A model generated the notes under the pieces. The model searched no databases and was not told the origin of the DNA. It saw only the letters and a list, made by a program, of their open reading frames with translations. A stretch of 64,000 nucleotides of DNA from a virus. Location: positions 32,001 through 96,000 of IMG/VR virus record IMGVR_UViG_3300044695_008209; one strand, written 5' to 3'. Position numbers and translations under genes: made by a program. This document shows positions 8,140 through 17,188 of the stretch, one piece after another. Position 1 is the first letter of the stretch; the number at the start of each line of letters is the position of its first letter.

Positions 8140-8453
8140 CAATCGACCTCCACCTGATCGGCGCGGGCGAGTTTCGCTCCTTCCGGGAGGACATCCAGGA
8201 CACCACGTACTTCCTGCGTTTCCTGCGGGCGGACGGGGCCATGTTCGACCTCTCCGCGACGGAGGAACAGCTCGGGCGGGTCCTCGGCTTCGCTGCATCG
8301 GCGGAGCCTGCCACCGAGGACCCGCCCGCCCCGCCGCTTCGCGCTGCGTCCCCGCCCGCCCCGGACGAGGATGCCCCGCCGCCTCTGCAGCTCCGCCGCC
8401 CGGCAGTGGCTCCCGTCCTGTTCCAGACCGATGACGACGAGCACGAGCTGTGA
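8136..8453 (+). CDS. Hypothetical protein, Pro-rich C-terminus
   Basis: ATGA overlaps; GC3-rich. Confidence 0.65.
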   Translation: MTIDLHLIGAGEFRSFREDIQDTTYFLRFLRADGAMFDLSATEEQLGRVLGFAASAEPATEDPPAPPLRAASPPAPDEDAPPPLQLRRPAVAPVLFQTDDDEHEL

Positions 8454-8803
8454 GCACCGCGAGCTCCCTCGCCCTGCTGAGGATCGAGCACAAGCTCGAT
8501 CTTCTCCTCGCGTCTCTCAGCGCGAAGGACCCTGCGCTCCGTGTGCTCCTCGCAGAGGCAACAGGGCTGAGGGACTACAACGGCGACACCTGCCCGACCT
8601 GTCAGACGGAGATCAAGATCCGCTCCGACCTGACCACTGAAGAGTATGTCCGGACCTGCGGGTGCCGGCCCGAGATCCTCATCATCCCGGGAATCTCGGA
8701 TCTGAACATCCCGATCGTCGAAAAGAAGCCGACCGTCCACCCCCACGAACCAGAGGAACCCGACAATGCCGAAGTCCCAACTCCGAGCACGCGCCAAGGC
8801 TGA
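8450..8803 (+). CDS. Zn-ribbon-containing hypothetical protein
   Basis: CPTC...CGC. Confidence 0.6.
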   Translation: MSTASSLALLRIEHKLDLLLASLSAKDPALRVLLAEATGLRDYNGDTCPTCQTEIKIRSDLTTEEYVRTCGCRPEILIIPGISDLNIPIVEKKPTVHPHEPEEPDNAEVPTPSTRQG

Positions 8804-9107
8804 GATCTTCCAGTGCATCATCTACGACACGAAGTCGCGGAAGCGCGCCATCGTGGTCTACGCCTGCGGTGACGACGTGAAGTGGTCGACCGACATCTTC
8901 GGGCTCTTCGACCGCGACCGCGTCAACGACGCCCCGAAGTGGCTGAAGGACCAGATCTTGGACCTCCCGGCGGATGCCGAGGCGCTGGACTTCCGCGGCC
9001 GCCCGGTGACGGGGAGCCCGCCGCAGCCCCAGGACAACGCTCCCGTGCTTCGGATGCCCGAGGGCGAGTCTCTCGGCGACGAGGACTCCATCCGGCAGGG
9101 GGTCTGA
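8766..9107 (+). CDS. Hypothetical protein
   Basis: 113-aa ORF, GC3-rich. Confidence 0.65.
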   Translation: MPKSQLRARAKAEIFQCIIYDTKSRKRAIVVYACGDDVKWSTDIFGLFDRDRVNDAPKWLKDQILDLPADAEALDFRGRPVTGSPPQPQDNAPVLRMPEGESLGDEDSIRQGV

Positions 9108-9108
9108 C

Positions 9109-9480
9109 GTGTACAGCGTCGACAAGATCCGGCCCCAGCCAGGGTGGGCGCTCTGCCGCACCCTGAAGCCGGTCACCTCCACGCGGAGCGGGCTCGTCTT
9201 GGCCGCGGGTGACCTGGAGACGGGAAAGACCACCGAAGCCGTCGCCGAGGTCCTCCGCGTCACGCCCGCCGTCGCCGATGGCGGGCGTGAGGTCGATCCC
9301 GGTTTCCAGGCGGGAGACAAGATCCTCATCCGTGACTTCGTGAAGTTCGCCAATCCGGTGGGCGATCTCGTCGGTGCGGATCGGAACGACCGCGTCTTCC
9401 TCCTCAACAACACGGACGCGTTCGCCGTGGTGAGCGGCCCCGGGACGCTCGGCTACTACGGCGAATACCAACTCGAGTAG
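9109..9480 (+). CDS. groES: GroES/Cpn10-like co-chaperonin
   Basis: IRPQPGWALCR, TRSGLVL, EVLRV, QAGDKILI, FLLNNTDAFAVV match the Cpn10 pattern. Confidence 0.75.
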   Translation: MYSVDKIRPQPGWALCRTLKPVTSTRSGLVLAAGDLETGKTTEAVAEVLRVTPAVADGGREVDPGFQAGDKILIRDFVKFANPVGDLVGADRNDRVFLLNNTDAFAVVSGPGTLGYYGEYQLE

Positions 9481-9489
9481 GAGGGCGGC

Positions 9490-9732
9490 ATGCCTGGTAA
9501 CAAGGACGATCGCCTCCAGCTTCGGATGGAGCCGGAGCTCAAGGACTGGTTCAAGGACGATGCCGCCCCCGAAGGCGGCATGAGCCGCGTCGTCCACCAG
9601 CATGTCGCAGCCCGCTACGAGAAGAAGACCGGCAAACCTTGGAAAGGGAGCACCTCCGATGGAACGACAAAGACTGATCCCGGTGACGGAGGAGCGGCCG
9701 ATCTCGCGGAGCACGGTGCCGGGACTGATTGA
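9490..9732 (+). CDS. Ribbon-helix-helix-like DNA-binding protein
   Basis: DRLQLRMEPELKDWFK...GMSRVV pattern. Confidence 0.5.
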   Translation: MPGNKDDRLQLRMEPELKDWFKDDAAPEGGMSRVVHQHVAARYEKKTGKPWKGSTSDGTTKTDPGDGGAADLAEHGAGTD

Positions 9733-10198
9733 GGCGTTCCAGGACGCGTTCCGCCATCCCTACAAGGTCGAGCTCCTCGTGTACCGCCGAGGGGAGCCCA
9801 CGTTCACTGTGGAGCGCCTCGTGCCGGAGAGCGCTCAACCCGGGAAGGAGGGAGCGGAAGACGGGATGGAGCAGTTCCTCACCCCCTTCCAGATGATCCG
9901 TCAGCACGCGGAGCTCGAGATCCAGGAACCGTACGGCCTCCTCCTGGAAGCGATCAGCCGTGCGATCCAGTCCCTCACGACCCGCGGGTTCAAGCTCACG
10001 ATGTTCGTCTGCTCCGACAAGGCGCTGGTGCGGAAGATGGGTCGAGACCTCCGCATCGAGGACATCTGGCAGGTGCCGCTCCACGAGGACCCGGACGCCC
10101 AGGACGGCGGGGTCTTCGTCGTCGGGTCCAAGACGGGCTCCAACATCCGGGACATCGAGACGGCAGTCATGTGCCGCATGGAAGGGGGCGTGCTGTGA
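9659..10198 (+). CDS. Hypothetical protein
   Basis: ATG 9659; GC3-rich ORF. Confidence 0.65.
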   Translation: MERQRLIPVTEERPISRSTVPGLIEAFQDAFRHPYKVELLVYRRGEPTFTVERLVPESAQPGKEGAEDGMEQFLTPFQMIRQHAELEIQEPYGLLLEAISRAIQSLTTRGFKLTMFVCSDKALVRKMGRDLRIEDIWQVPLHEDPDAQDGGVFVVGSKTGSNIRDIETAVMCRMEGGVL

Positions 10199-10875
10199 TC
10201 GCCGAGCTGTGCACGACCAACATCATCGAGGTCATCGCCGAGGCCATCGACCCGGAGAACCAGTCCGGGAAGATCGTCCTCAAGGTCCTGGAGGAGAAGC
10301 TCTGGATCCGGATGATGCAGGACCTCCTGCGCGCCGCGAACCCGCCAGACGGGTCCTTCGGCCTGGAGGCGCACAAGGTCTTCCACCTGGGCCAGGCAGG
10401 GGTCCAGTACACTTGGATTCTGGTGGTGTGGGGCGACCCGACGGACATCCTTCCGGCACTGACGGCCATCTTGGGCCGGAAGGTCGCTGCGCCGCCGGCG
10501 TTCGCGCTGGGCCGCGCCGCCCCGACTGCTCGGACCTCGGCGACGGCCCCGGCCGCTCCGTCGCCGACGAAGACTCCCAGGCCACCGCGCGCTGCCGATG
10601 CCGATGAGGACGCCCCGCTTCCCGAGGTCCGACTGGTCCTGAAGGAAGGGACCCACAACATCAAGCGGGTCGAGGACGTCGACAACGGCGTGACCAAGAC
10701 GCGCACAACGATCAAGTTGGCCCACGTGCGGGGCGAGCGCTTCGTCAGGAACAAGAACCAGCACGAGACCATCACGCTCGACAGCGGGCGAGGGCGGTTC
10801 AAGGCTGTGGTGCAAGGCCTCACGTCAGAGGCAGGATTCTCGTATCGCCGTGAAGGCGGGGATGGAGCGCTGTGA
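10195..10875 (+). CDS. Hypothetical protein
   Basis: GTGA overlap with the upstream stop. Confidence 0.65.
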   Translation: MIAELCTTNIIEVIAEAIDPENQSGKIVLKVLEEKLWIRMMQDLLRAANPPDGSFGLEAHKVFHLGQAGVQYTWILVVWGDPTDILPALTAILGRKVAAPPAFALGRAAPTARTSATAPAAPSPTKTPRPPRAADADEDAPLPEVRLVLKEGTHNIKRVEDVDNGVTKTRTTIKLAHVRGERFVRNKNQHETITLDSGRGRFKAVVQGLTSEAGFSYRREGGDGAL

Positions 10876-11645
10876 TGATCGACCAGAACGCCGCAGCCCG
10901 ACGGAGCAAGATCGGGAGCTTGAGCTCGGGAGCCGTCCCGCACTACAAGAGGGGGACGAAGGCCCCCGCACCGCTGGGTGTGGACGGGAGCGAGGCCGGG
11001 ACGGAGGCGCTGAAGAGCCTTCTCGCCCGGGAGCCGGTGGAGAAGCTCGAGAGCGCGGGCAAGTTCTCGCGCGCCAAGTGGAAGCTCCAGATCTGGATCA
11101 AGTCGGGGCGCTCCATCCACAAGCCCTTCACGTTCACCCTCTCCTTCTGGGAATCCGGGAAGCGCCTGCACGGTGGCGGCGACGAGTCGGCCTTCATCTG
11201 CCGCCGGAATCCGAACGCCCCGAAACCGGTGCGCCCTCCCTTCCTCGCGATCGGACACAGCTCGACCTTCAAGAAGGAGGCGACTGCGGACGGGTGCGAC
11301 GGCATCATCCCCGGCGAAAACGTGATCGGTGGCTTCGCGATCTGCCCGGACTGCGGGATCCGCTGGGACACCGAGCACATCGCCGACTCCCTCTTCTACG
11401 TCCTCCCCGTCGAGGTCGCGGCCACCGTCATCGCCCAGTGGTTCAGGAAGCTGGACAGCAACTGCGACCTGTACCTGAAGTACCGGGACGAGGACATCCG
11501 GGTCAAGATGATGGCGCAATCCTACGGCTTGCACGAGGCCATGCGACACAAGGGCCTGATGATCTACTCGCTGGCGCGACTCATGCGAGATCTGGCCGGA
11601 GAGGCTACCTTGGAGTCTCGCATCAAGGCGGTCCTCCTGGCGTGA
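10872..11645 (+). CDS. Cys-containing hypothetical protein (probable Zn site)
   Basis: CRRNP, GCDG, CPDCG, NCDLY. Confidence 0.7.
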   Translation: MMIDQNAAARRSKIGSLSSGAVPHYKRGTKAPAPLGVDGSEAGTEALKSLLAREPVEKLESAGKFSRAKWKLQIWIKSGRSIHKPFTFTLSFWESGKRLHGGGDESAFICRRNPNAPKPVRPPFLAIGHSSTFKKEATADGCDGIIPGENVIGGFAICPDCGIRWDTEHIADSLFYVLPVEVAATVIAQWFRKLDSNCDLYLKYRDEDIRVKMMAQSYGLHEAMRHKGLMIYSLARLMRDLAGEATLESRIKAVLLA

Positions 11646-11679
11646 GGACTCCAGCACCTCCGCGGAGTATGCTCTCCTC

Positions 11680-12264
11680 ATGATCGACCAACACCAGGTG
11701 CACTTCTGCTTCGCCGAGATCACCAAGGCCGCTGCGATGCCGGGTGCCCTGGCACGTGCTGGGATCGGAGCTGCCGCCGGTGCCATCGCTGACGGCGGTC
11801 CCGCGGCGATGCACGCGCTCCGGGCGCACTCGGACGTGACTCGCCTTCGCGCTGCGGGAGCCCTCTCGCCCGAGCAGGAGAAGGCGTTCACTGCCCGCCA
11901 GAAGATCCACGCGGGCTCGCACGCCCTGCGCGGGGCACTCCTCGGCGCGGCCGGCGGTGTGGCCCTCCCGCACGCTGCGACCGCGGTGAAGAAGTACTCC
12001 GGAGAGGCCGCTGCACACCTCGGGCGCGAGTTCGGCCGCGGGGCTGCCGAGCACGCAGCTCCCGCTGCCAGGGCCGCGATGCACGAGGTCGCCGGCGCCG
12101 CGCCGGCCGTGGGACGTGCCGCAGCGGCGGGCGCCGCAGGTGCCGCAGGTGCCGTGGGAGAGAACGCAGCACGCGGCGCGGTCAAGGGCGCCAAGGACGC
12201 GCTGACTCCCTCCTGGGCCGGGCGACTCAAGGAGCACGCCGCGCGCTTCATGCGGGAGGAGTAG
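11680..12264 (+). CDS. Ala/Gly-rich protein with N-terminal FAEITKAA motif (putative internal virion protein)
   Basis: Low-complexity Ala-rich sequence; K-x-A motif shared with other ORFs. Confidence 0.6.
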   Translation: MIDQHQVHFCFAEITKAAAMPGALARAGIGAAAGAIADGGPAAMHALRAHSDVTRLRAAGALSPEQEKAFTARQKIHAGSHALRGALLGAAGGVALPHAATAVKKYSGEAAAHLGREFGRGAAEHAAPAARAAMHEVAGAAPAVGRAAAAGAAGAAGAVGENAARGAVKGAKDALTPSWAGRLKEHAARFMREE

Positions 12265-12266
12265 TC

Positions 12267-13964
12267 GTGCCAACGGACGTTCCAGGGCTGCTCTCCTCCA
12301 TGGGTCCCCCCGGCGAGTGGTCGGGAGCCGTGGCAGGGACCGTCTCGCCCGAACAGCGGCAGGACCTCCTCCGCGCGTGGCGCTCGATGTCCGCAGAGGA
12401 GAGGAACACGATCGTCGCGAAGTGGCGTGAGCGCTTCAACGCACCAGCGGACAAGACGGCGTCGGAGGGCCGCGTCACCGCCGGCATCCTCCACGCCCTG
12501 GGCCATGCGGCCGCAGCTGAGCGGGTCGCCGTGGGCGGTCAGCGCGCGGCCGCGTACCTGCGCTCTGCGCTGCTGCACGAACCGTCGTGGCAGCCGGCTG
12601 CGCTCAAGCGTCCCACCGAGGTGATCAAGCGCGCGGGCCTGCCCGTCTCGAAGGAGCACAGGGAAGCTGCGCGCCGCGTCGACACGCACTTCCGCAGCAA
12701 CGACCCCAAGAAGTGGGACACCCTCATGGACAACGTGCAGCGCAAGTCCTTCGTGGCCGCGGTGAAGCAGGACACCCGGGCTGATCCCAAGTTCGAGCGC
12801 CACGTCGACCAGATGGGGCGGCTCCTCACCGGGAAGGCGATCGGGAAGGTCGGGCAGTACGACATCGTCCGGATGCGTGGAGGCGGCATCGGCTGCACCT
12901 GCCCCGACTGGCGCTACAAGAAGTCGGTCGCCAGTGCCGGCGAGCAGGACTGCAAGCACATTGCGGAGTGGAGAGCGACGAAGGGGGTGAAGACCGCCGC
13001 GGCCCTCTCCCCGACCACCGCCAAGAAGGTCTTCGCAGCAGGCACGGCACTCGGACTTGGGGCCCTGGCCGTAGGCCTGCACCGCAACGCGAAGAGCACC
13101 CAGTTCACGCCGGCGCAGAAGCAGATGCGCAGCCTGGCCATGCACGAGGTCGCGGGGCTCGGCATGCTGGCCAGCCCGTACGCCGCGTCCCTCGCGTCCG
13201 CCGGCGCAGAGGCCCTCTCGGGACGTCCAGGACGTGTAGGTGTCGCAGCCCGCGCTGCGCACGCGGTGCTGGAGCCGCTCTCGCACGCGATGCACGGTGG
13301 CGAGGGGCACTCCACCGTCCTCCCGCACGCGAACGAACTCCTCGGCCTCGGGCTCCTCGTGCGCCCGTCGATGCAGGAGCTGCACCACCTGAACTCCCAG
13401 ATGAAGAAGCACGGTATGGCTGCGGTAGACCGCACCGAGGTGCTCAACGACGTCGGGTTCCACACGAGGGACAACAGGTACGTCACCTTGACCGACAAGA
13501 AGTACCTGAGCGCGCTCGCGGACGGGCACATCAAGGACAACAAGGTCTTCAAGGTCCCGCACGATGTCCAGCGGCTGCACGAGCGCCTATACGATCAGGG
13601 GCTGAAGCTCCCGCACAAAGACGCCGCGATCTACCTGCGCATGGAGCACGCTGCCGCGCAGACGCCGGGAGGCAACCGCATCAAGGTGCCGGGCGAAGCA
13701 CATGCCCCTGTTCATCTCGTAGGGGACCATGGCGTTCTACGCGATCTTGGAAACCTCACGTGGTCGCCAGACAAGAAGGGACGCGGAATCCTTACGACCT
13801 TCCGCACCCCCGAGATGGGGCTAAGAACACCGTTGACCGGACAGGCGGGCCGCAGCACTCTCCTCGCCGATGTGTTCAGCCACGAGCCGAAGCTCATGGC
13901 TGAACACAAGGAGCTTCGGAACGCGGCGCGCCGGTTCCTCGGGGCGTCGGTCAAGTCCCTGTAG
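12267..13964 (+). CDS. Multi-domain protein with SWIM-type zinc finger
   Basis: YDIV...GCTCPDWRY......DCKHI (about 12891-12963); internal KTA motifs. Confidence 0.7.
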   Translation: MPTDVPGLLSSMGPPGEWSGAVAGTVSPEQRQDLLRAWRSMSAEERNTIVAKWRERFNAPADKTASEGRVTAGILHALGHAAAAERVAVGGQRAAAYLRSALLHEPSWQPAALKRPTEVIKRAGLPVSKEHREAARRVDTHFRSNDPKKWDTLMDNVQRKSFVAAVKQDTRADPKFERHVDQMGRLLTGKAIGKVGQYDIVRMRGGGIGCTCPDWRYKKSVASAGEQDCKHIAEWRATKGVKTAAALSPTTAKKVFAAGTALGLGALAVGLHRNAKSTQFTPAQKQMRSLAMHEVAGLGMLASPYAASLASAGAEALSGRPGRVGVAARAAHAVLEPLSHAMHGGEGHSTVLPHANELLGLGLLVRPSMQELHHLNSQMKKHGMAAVDRTEVLNDVGFHTRDNRYVTLTDKKYLSALADGHIKDNKVFKVPHDVQRLHERLYDQGLKLPHKDAAIYLRMEHAAAQTPGGNRIKVPGEAHAPVHLVGDHGVLRDLGNLTWSPDKKGRGILTTFRTPEMGLRTPLTGQAGRSTLLADVFSHEPKLMAEHKELRNAARRFLGASVKSL

Positions 13965-14262
13965 GACCATCCCGGTGCGTGCGCACCAAGATGCGCAGGA
14001 CCCGGTCGTTCTTGACCCAGACGTGCACGGACGCGTGCGGGTACGCCACCACGATTTCCGCGGTGTCCGCATCCGCGTCCGTGCATCCAGGCAGGACATC
14101 AAGCAGCAAAAGCTGCGACTCCTCCTTCGTTTCCTCGTGTGTCCTCTCCGTGTACTGGAGGCGGGAGCCGTGCGGCCCTTCGTGGATCCAGGTCTCTTCC
14201 CCAACAGGGACCGTGACCTCTCCCCCGCCGGGAAGCTCCAACGTCTTCGGGATCTTCTCCAT
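13951..14262 (-). CDS. Hypothetical protein
   Basis: TGATG overlap with the upstream gene. Confidence 0.6.
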   Translation of the reverse strand: MEKIPKTLELPGGGEVTVPVGEETWIHEGPHGSRLQYTERTHEETKEESQLLLLDVLPGCTDADADTAEIVVAYPHASVHVWVKNDRVLRILVRTHRDGPTGT

Positions 14263-14447
14263 CACACCACCGTCATACGGCGGCAGGCCTGGCGGTTCGC
14301 CTCCTTCTTCCTGTCGCGCTGCACCAAGTGCATACCGCGCCACTCGTGGACACTGCCTCCGGCCGCGAAGTGCTCCTTGCGGATCACTCCCTGGACGGCG
14401 CGCAGGCGCTTGATGATCGCCTGCGCGCTCTTGTTCTTCTGAGTCAT
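14262..14447 (-). CDS. Small basic protein
   Basis: GAGGTGAACC-ATG RBS; CATAAG box at 14469-14464. Confidence 0.7.
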   Translation of the reverse strand: MTQKNKSAQAIIKRLRAVQGVIRKEHFAAGGSVHEWRGMHLVQRDRKKEANRQACRRMTVV

Positions 14448-14504
14448 GGTTCACCTCAGCTTCCTTATGCCCAGATCCGACCCGTGGTTGCGCGTGCCGT
14501 AGAA

Positions 14505-14514
14505 TGTGAGTACA
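14505..14514 (+). promoter_or_regulatory. Class-B box TGTGAGTACA
   Basis: Exact 10-mer in a divergent intergenic region. Confidence 0.65.
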
Positions 14515-14661
14515 TCAGGGCTAAGAATGTTCACCGGCTCGCTTTCGTCGACCATCGACTACGCCCGAGTCGGGCGTCTACTCCCGCACTGTGGCCTGCA
14601 GGGCTGTAGCACCGGCAGTTTCAACACATGATCCTTATCCCCTGATTCTTCGGAGGTTGTA

Positions 14662-14922
14662 GTGCCCACTCTCGGCGAGTCCATCACCCAGGTGCGCGAC
14701 ATGGAGGGGCGCGCCGTCGTGCTCCGCACCGTCGCCTCCCACCTCCGCACGAAATACGTCTCGCGCGACTCGACCCCCGCCCTGGCGCAGATGCGCTCCC
14801 CTGACGGGAGCCCGGTCATCGAGGCGGTGATCGAGAACACGGCCGGGGAGTTCGAGCGGGAAGCCGCGCAGCTCGAGCAGGCAGTCAAGGCCGCGAAGGC
14901 CACCGAGGTGTCCGATGGGTAG
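14662..14922 (+). CDS. Hypothetical helical protein
   Basis: GGAGGT RBS, GTG start. Confidence 0.65.
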   Translation: MPTLGESITQVRDMEGRAVVLRTVASHLRTKYVSRDSTPALAQMRSPDGSPVIEAVIENTAGEFEREAAQLEQAVKAAKATEVSDG

Positions 14923-15421
14923 GGAGAAGGACGAGCAGAAGGCACGTGCGGCGACCCGCCGGGAGCGACTCCTGGACGAGCTCATGACCGGGGCCATGAC
15001 CGAGAACTGGGCCAAGAGCCCGAACCCGGTGAAGCGGCGCATCGGCCGGCTCGAGGTCGGCTGGCGCGAGGGTATCCAGTGGCTGGCCGAGGACATCCGC
15101 AAGATGTACCTCAACTTCACCACCGTCAGCGACGCCTACGACATCCTCGACGTCAACCTCGCCGCGATCAAGAGCCTCTGCATCGACAAGGGCATCTTCA
15201 CCGAGGAGCAGTTCACGTTGCGTCGGGACGACATCATGGCGTACGTGGACGCGGAGCGGACGCGCCGGCAGGCCGAGATGGAGGCGATCGCCGAGGCGGC
15301 GCGCGTCGAGGCTGCGAAGCCGCCCGAGGAGAAGGTCGATGCTGACCTGGTGCGGATGCACGACTCCGCGGCTGCCACCACGGACGAAGACCACATCCCC
15401 AAGAGCGCGACCCTGTTCTGA
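14915..15421 (+). CDS. Hypothetical helical protein
   Basis: 168-aa GC3-rich ORF. Confidence 0.7.
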   Translation: MGREKDEQKARAATRRERLLDELMTGAMTENWAKSPNPVKRRIGRLEVGWREGIQWLAEDIRKMYLNFTTVSDAYDILDVNLAAIKSLCIDKGIFTEEQFTLRRDDIMAYVDAERTRRQAEMEAIAEAARVEAAKPPEEKVDADLVRMHDSAAATTDEDHIPKSATLF

Positions 15422-15422
15422 A

Positions 15423-15701
15423 CTACGCGTTCGTGGGAGGGTCCTCGCCGTCCGCGCGCTGAACGGGCGGCGTCGGCGTCTTCTTCGTCAGCCCGTGCTC
15501 GGCAGCATTGCCGCTGACGAAGGTGGCGAGGATGCCGGCCAATCCCAGCAGCAGAGAGTCGAGCTCGCTCTGCGAGATCTCGGGACCGTTCGGGCCCAGG
15601 CCACCGGCACCGAGTGCCAACAGGAACAGCATGAGCAGCGCCTTGTCGTAGGCATCGCCCTTGCGGCCAGCAGTCCGCACTGACTTCAGGAACGTGGTCA
15701 T
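15423..15701 (-). CDS. Small two-TM membrane protein (holin-like)
   Basis: Hydrophobic helices ALLMLFLLALGAGG and LLLGLAGILATFVSG; charged C-terminus. Confidence 0.45.
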   Translation of the reverse strand: MTTFLKSVRTAGRKGDAYDKALLMLFLLALGAGGLGPNGPEISQSELDSLLLGLAGILATFVSGNAAEHGLTKKTPTPPVQRADGEDPPTNA

Positions 15702-15738
15702 ATGCACCTCGTGGGCATTCTACAACGGAGGGATCCAG

Positions 15739-15988
15739 ATGCTTCAGGTCGTGCAGGAGTACTACTCCAATCTGCGGAAGGACGGGACCTTGTGGGGGTG
15801 TGGGCATCGCGTTGAGGATCTCGCGGTGGACGAGAACGGGCAGGTGGTGTGCGCGGTGTGCTCGGGCTACACTGCCCCTGAACGGCAACTCGTTGAAGCT
15901 GGACGGCGGAAGCGGGCTCGCCCTGCGGGAGCTGCGTTCCCGGCTGAACTACAAGGAGCAGTGCGCTGACTCCTCGAAGGAGGAGTAG
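15739..15988 (+). CDS. Small Cys-containing protein, apparently frameshifted (+1) near 15871
   Basis: Coding-like codons switch from the 15739 frame to the frame ending at TAG 15988. Confidence 0.45.
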
Positions 15989-16357
15989 GTGTACGAGTAC
16001 AACGCGACGGTCGAGCGTGTGGTGGACGGAGACACGGTCGACCTGCTGATCGACCTGGGCTTCAAGATGCTGTACCGGCACTCGTGTCGGCTGTACGGCA
16101 TCAACGCGAACGAGCACGGGACGGAGGCAGGCGAGGCCGCGAAGGCGTACCTCACGCAGATGCTACCGGTCGGTATGAAGGTCGTCGTCAAGACGGAGAA
16201 GGACAAGGCCGAGAAGTACGGTCGAATCCTGGGCAGTCTCTACCTCGTGTCCGTGAAGAAGCGAAAGGTCGTGGTCGAGACCGTCTCGATCAACATGCGG
16301 CTGGTCACGGAGGGGCACGCCAAGGCCTGGGATGGTCAGGGCGCGAAGCCCGTGTAG
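15989..16357 (+). CDS. Thermonuclease (SNase-like)
   Basis: VERVVDGDTVD, RLYGINANE, DKYG-like EKYGRILG, INMRLVTEGHAK. Confidence 0.9.
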   Translation: MYEYNATVERVVDGDTVDLLIDLGFKMLYRHSCRLYGINANEHGTEAGEAAKAYLTQMLPVGMKVVVKTEKDKAEKYGRILGSLYLVSVKKRKVVVETVSINMRLVTEGHAKAWDGQGAKPV

Positions 16358-16543
16358 CTACGGCTCGGGGCCGATGCGCCAGGGCTTGCGCGGCGGTTCT
16401 GTGGGAGTCGGCGCCGGTGCTGGCGGTGGTACAGGAGCCGGCTTCACGACAGGAGATGAGACAGGTTCCGGAGCGGGCTCCGGATCTGGACCGACGGCCA
16501 CGGCCAGCAGCAGGCGACAGCTGAAGATGTGGACGTTGAACAA
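16358..16543 (-). CDS. Small Pro-rich exported or membrane protein
   Basis: GAGGTGAAC-TTG start; hydrophobic N-terminus then PEPAPEP repeats. Confidence 0.45.
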   Translation of the reverse strand: MFNVHIFSCRLLLAVAVGPDPEPAPEPVSSPVVKPAPVPPPAPAPTPTEPPRKPWRIGPEP

Positions 16544-16607
16544 GTTCACCTCGCCGCTAATCTACGCGGCGAGGGGCAGCTTTGCCAGCTAAACAAGAGA
16601 CCGTCGC

Positions 16608-16644
16608 GCAGGTGGACACGCCCCAGAAGGGCGTGTCCACCTGC
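16608..16644 (-). terminator. 16-bp hairpin terminator
   Basis: GCAGGTGGACACGCCC-CAGAA-GGGCGTGTCCACCTGC just after the stop of 16652-17080. Confidence 0.7.
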
Positions 16645-16651
16645 ACCTTCG

Positions 16652-17080
16652 CTACTCCGCCGAGAGCGCGTGGACCGCCCAGAACTGGACAGCCTCCTCC
16701 GCGGCCTCGGGGGGCAGGCTGGCGTCGGTGATCTCACGCGGGGCGGCCGGGCCACCGTACGCCGTGAACACCTTCACGACGTTGCCCTCGCGCACTCCGA
16801 TGACGGTCATCAGGGTGGTCACGCGGGGCGTCCGGCCGCAGAGGCGCGAGAGCCCCTTGCGGTTCCCGCGCGTGGCCCAGCGGACTTCCGTGGAGGGCAC
16901 CGGCGCGTCCCCGGCGATGGGGCCGTGGATCCCGCTCATCAGGGGGGCGCATCCGTTGGGGAGCTCCACCGTCTTCAGCAGGAAGCCTTCGCCGGCCTCC
17001 GCGAAGAGGGAGAGGATGACGTCCTTGTGGGACGCCTCGATGCCGTGGTCGGCGTGGAAGATGGTGAGCGAGAGGGACAT
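16652..17080 (-). CDS. Conserved-looking phage hypothetical protein
   Basis: TAYGGPAAPREI..D......FWAVHAL motif recalled from other phage hypotheticals. Confidence 0.7.
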   Translation of the reverse strand: MSLSLTIFHADHGIEASHKDVILSLFAEAGEGFLLKTVELPNGCAPLMSGIHGPIAGDAPVPSTEVRWATRGNRKGLSRLCGRTPRVTTLMTVIGVREGNVVKVFTAYGGPAAPREITDASLPPEAAEEAVQFWAVHALSAE

Positions 17081-17123
17081 GGCGGGCTCCGGCAGGAAGG
17101 GCTGTATTCCCTGCGCTATCTTC

Positions 17124-17157
17124 CTTATGGCTGATTCAACCTGCTCATTTAGCTAAG
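17124..17157 (-). promoter_or_regulatory. Class-A putative promoter CTTAGC-N22-CATAAG
   Basis: Bipartite motif in an intergenic gap. Confidence 0.65.
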
Positions 17158-17188
17158 AGGACGACCCCGCAAAGCGGAGCCGCCTCAC

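Noticed and set aside
10167-13580. Very long minus-strand ORFs (also 28378-31170, 37981-43296, 22936-25218, 51582-53513)
   Set aside because: Shadow frames of GC3-rich plus-strand genes; stop codons are scarce at high GC and the translations are not protein-like
15699-15707. Holin dual-start motif (M-H-M)
   Set aside because: The first 'start' is the GTG inside the RBS GAGGTG, not a true Met codon
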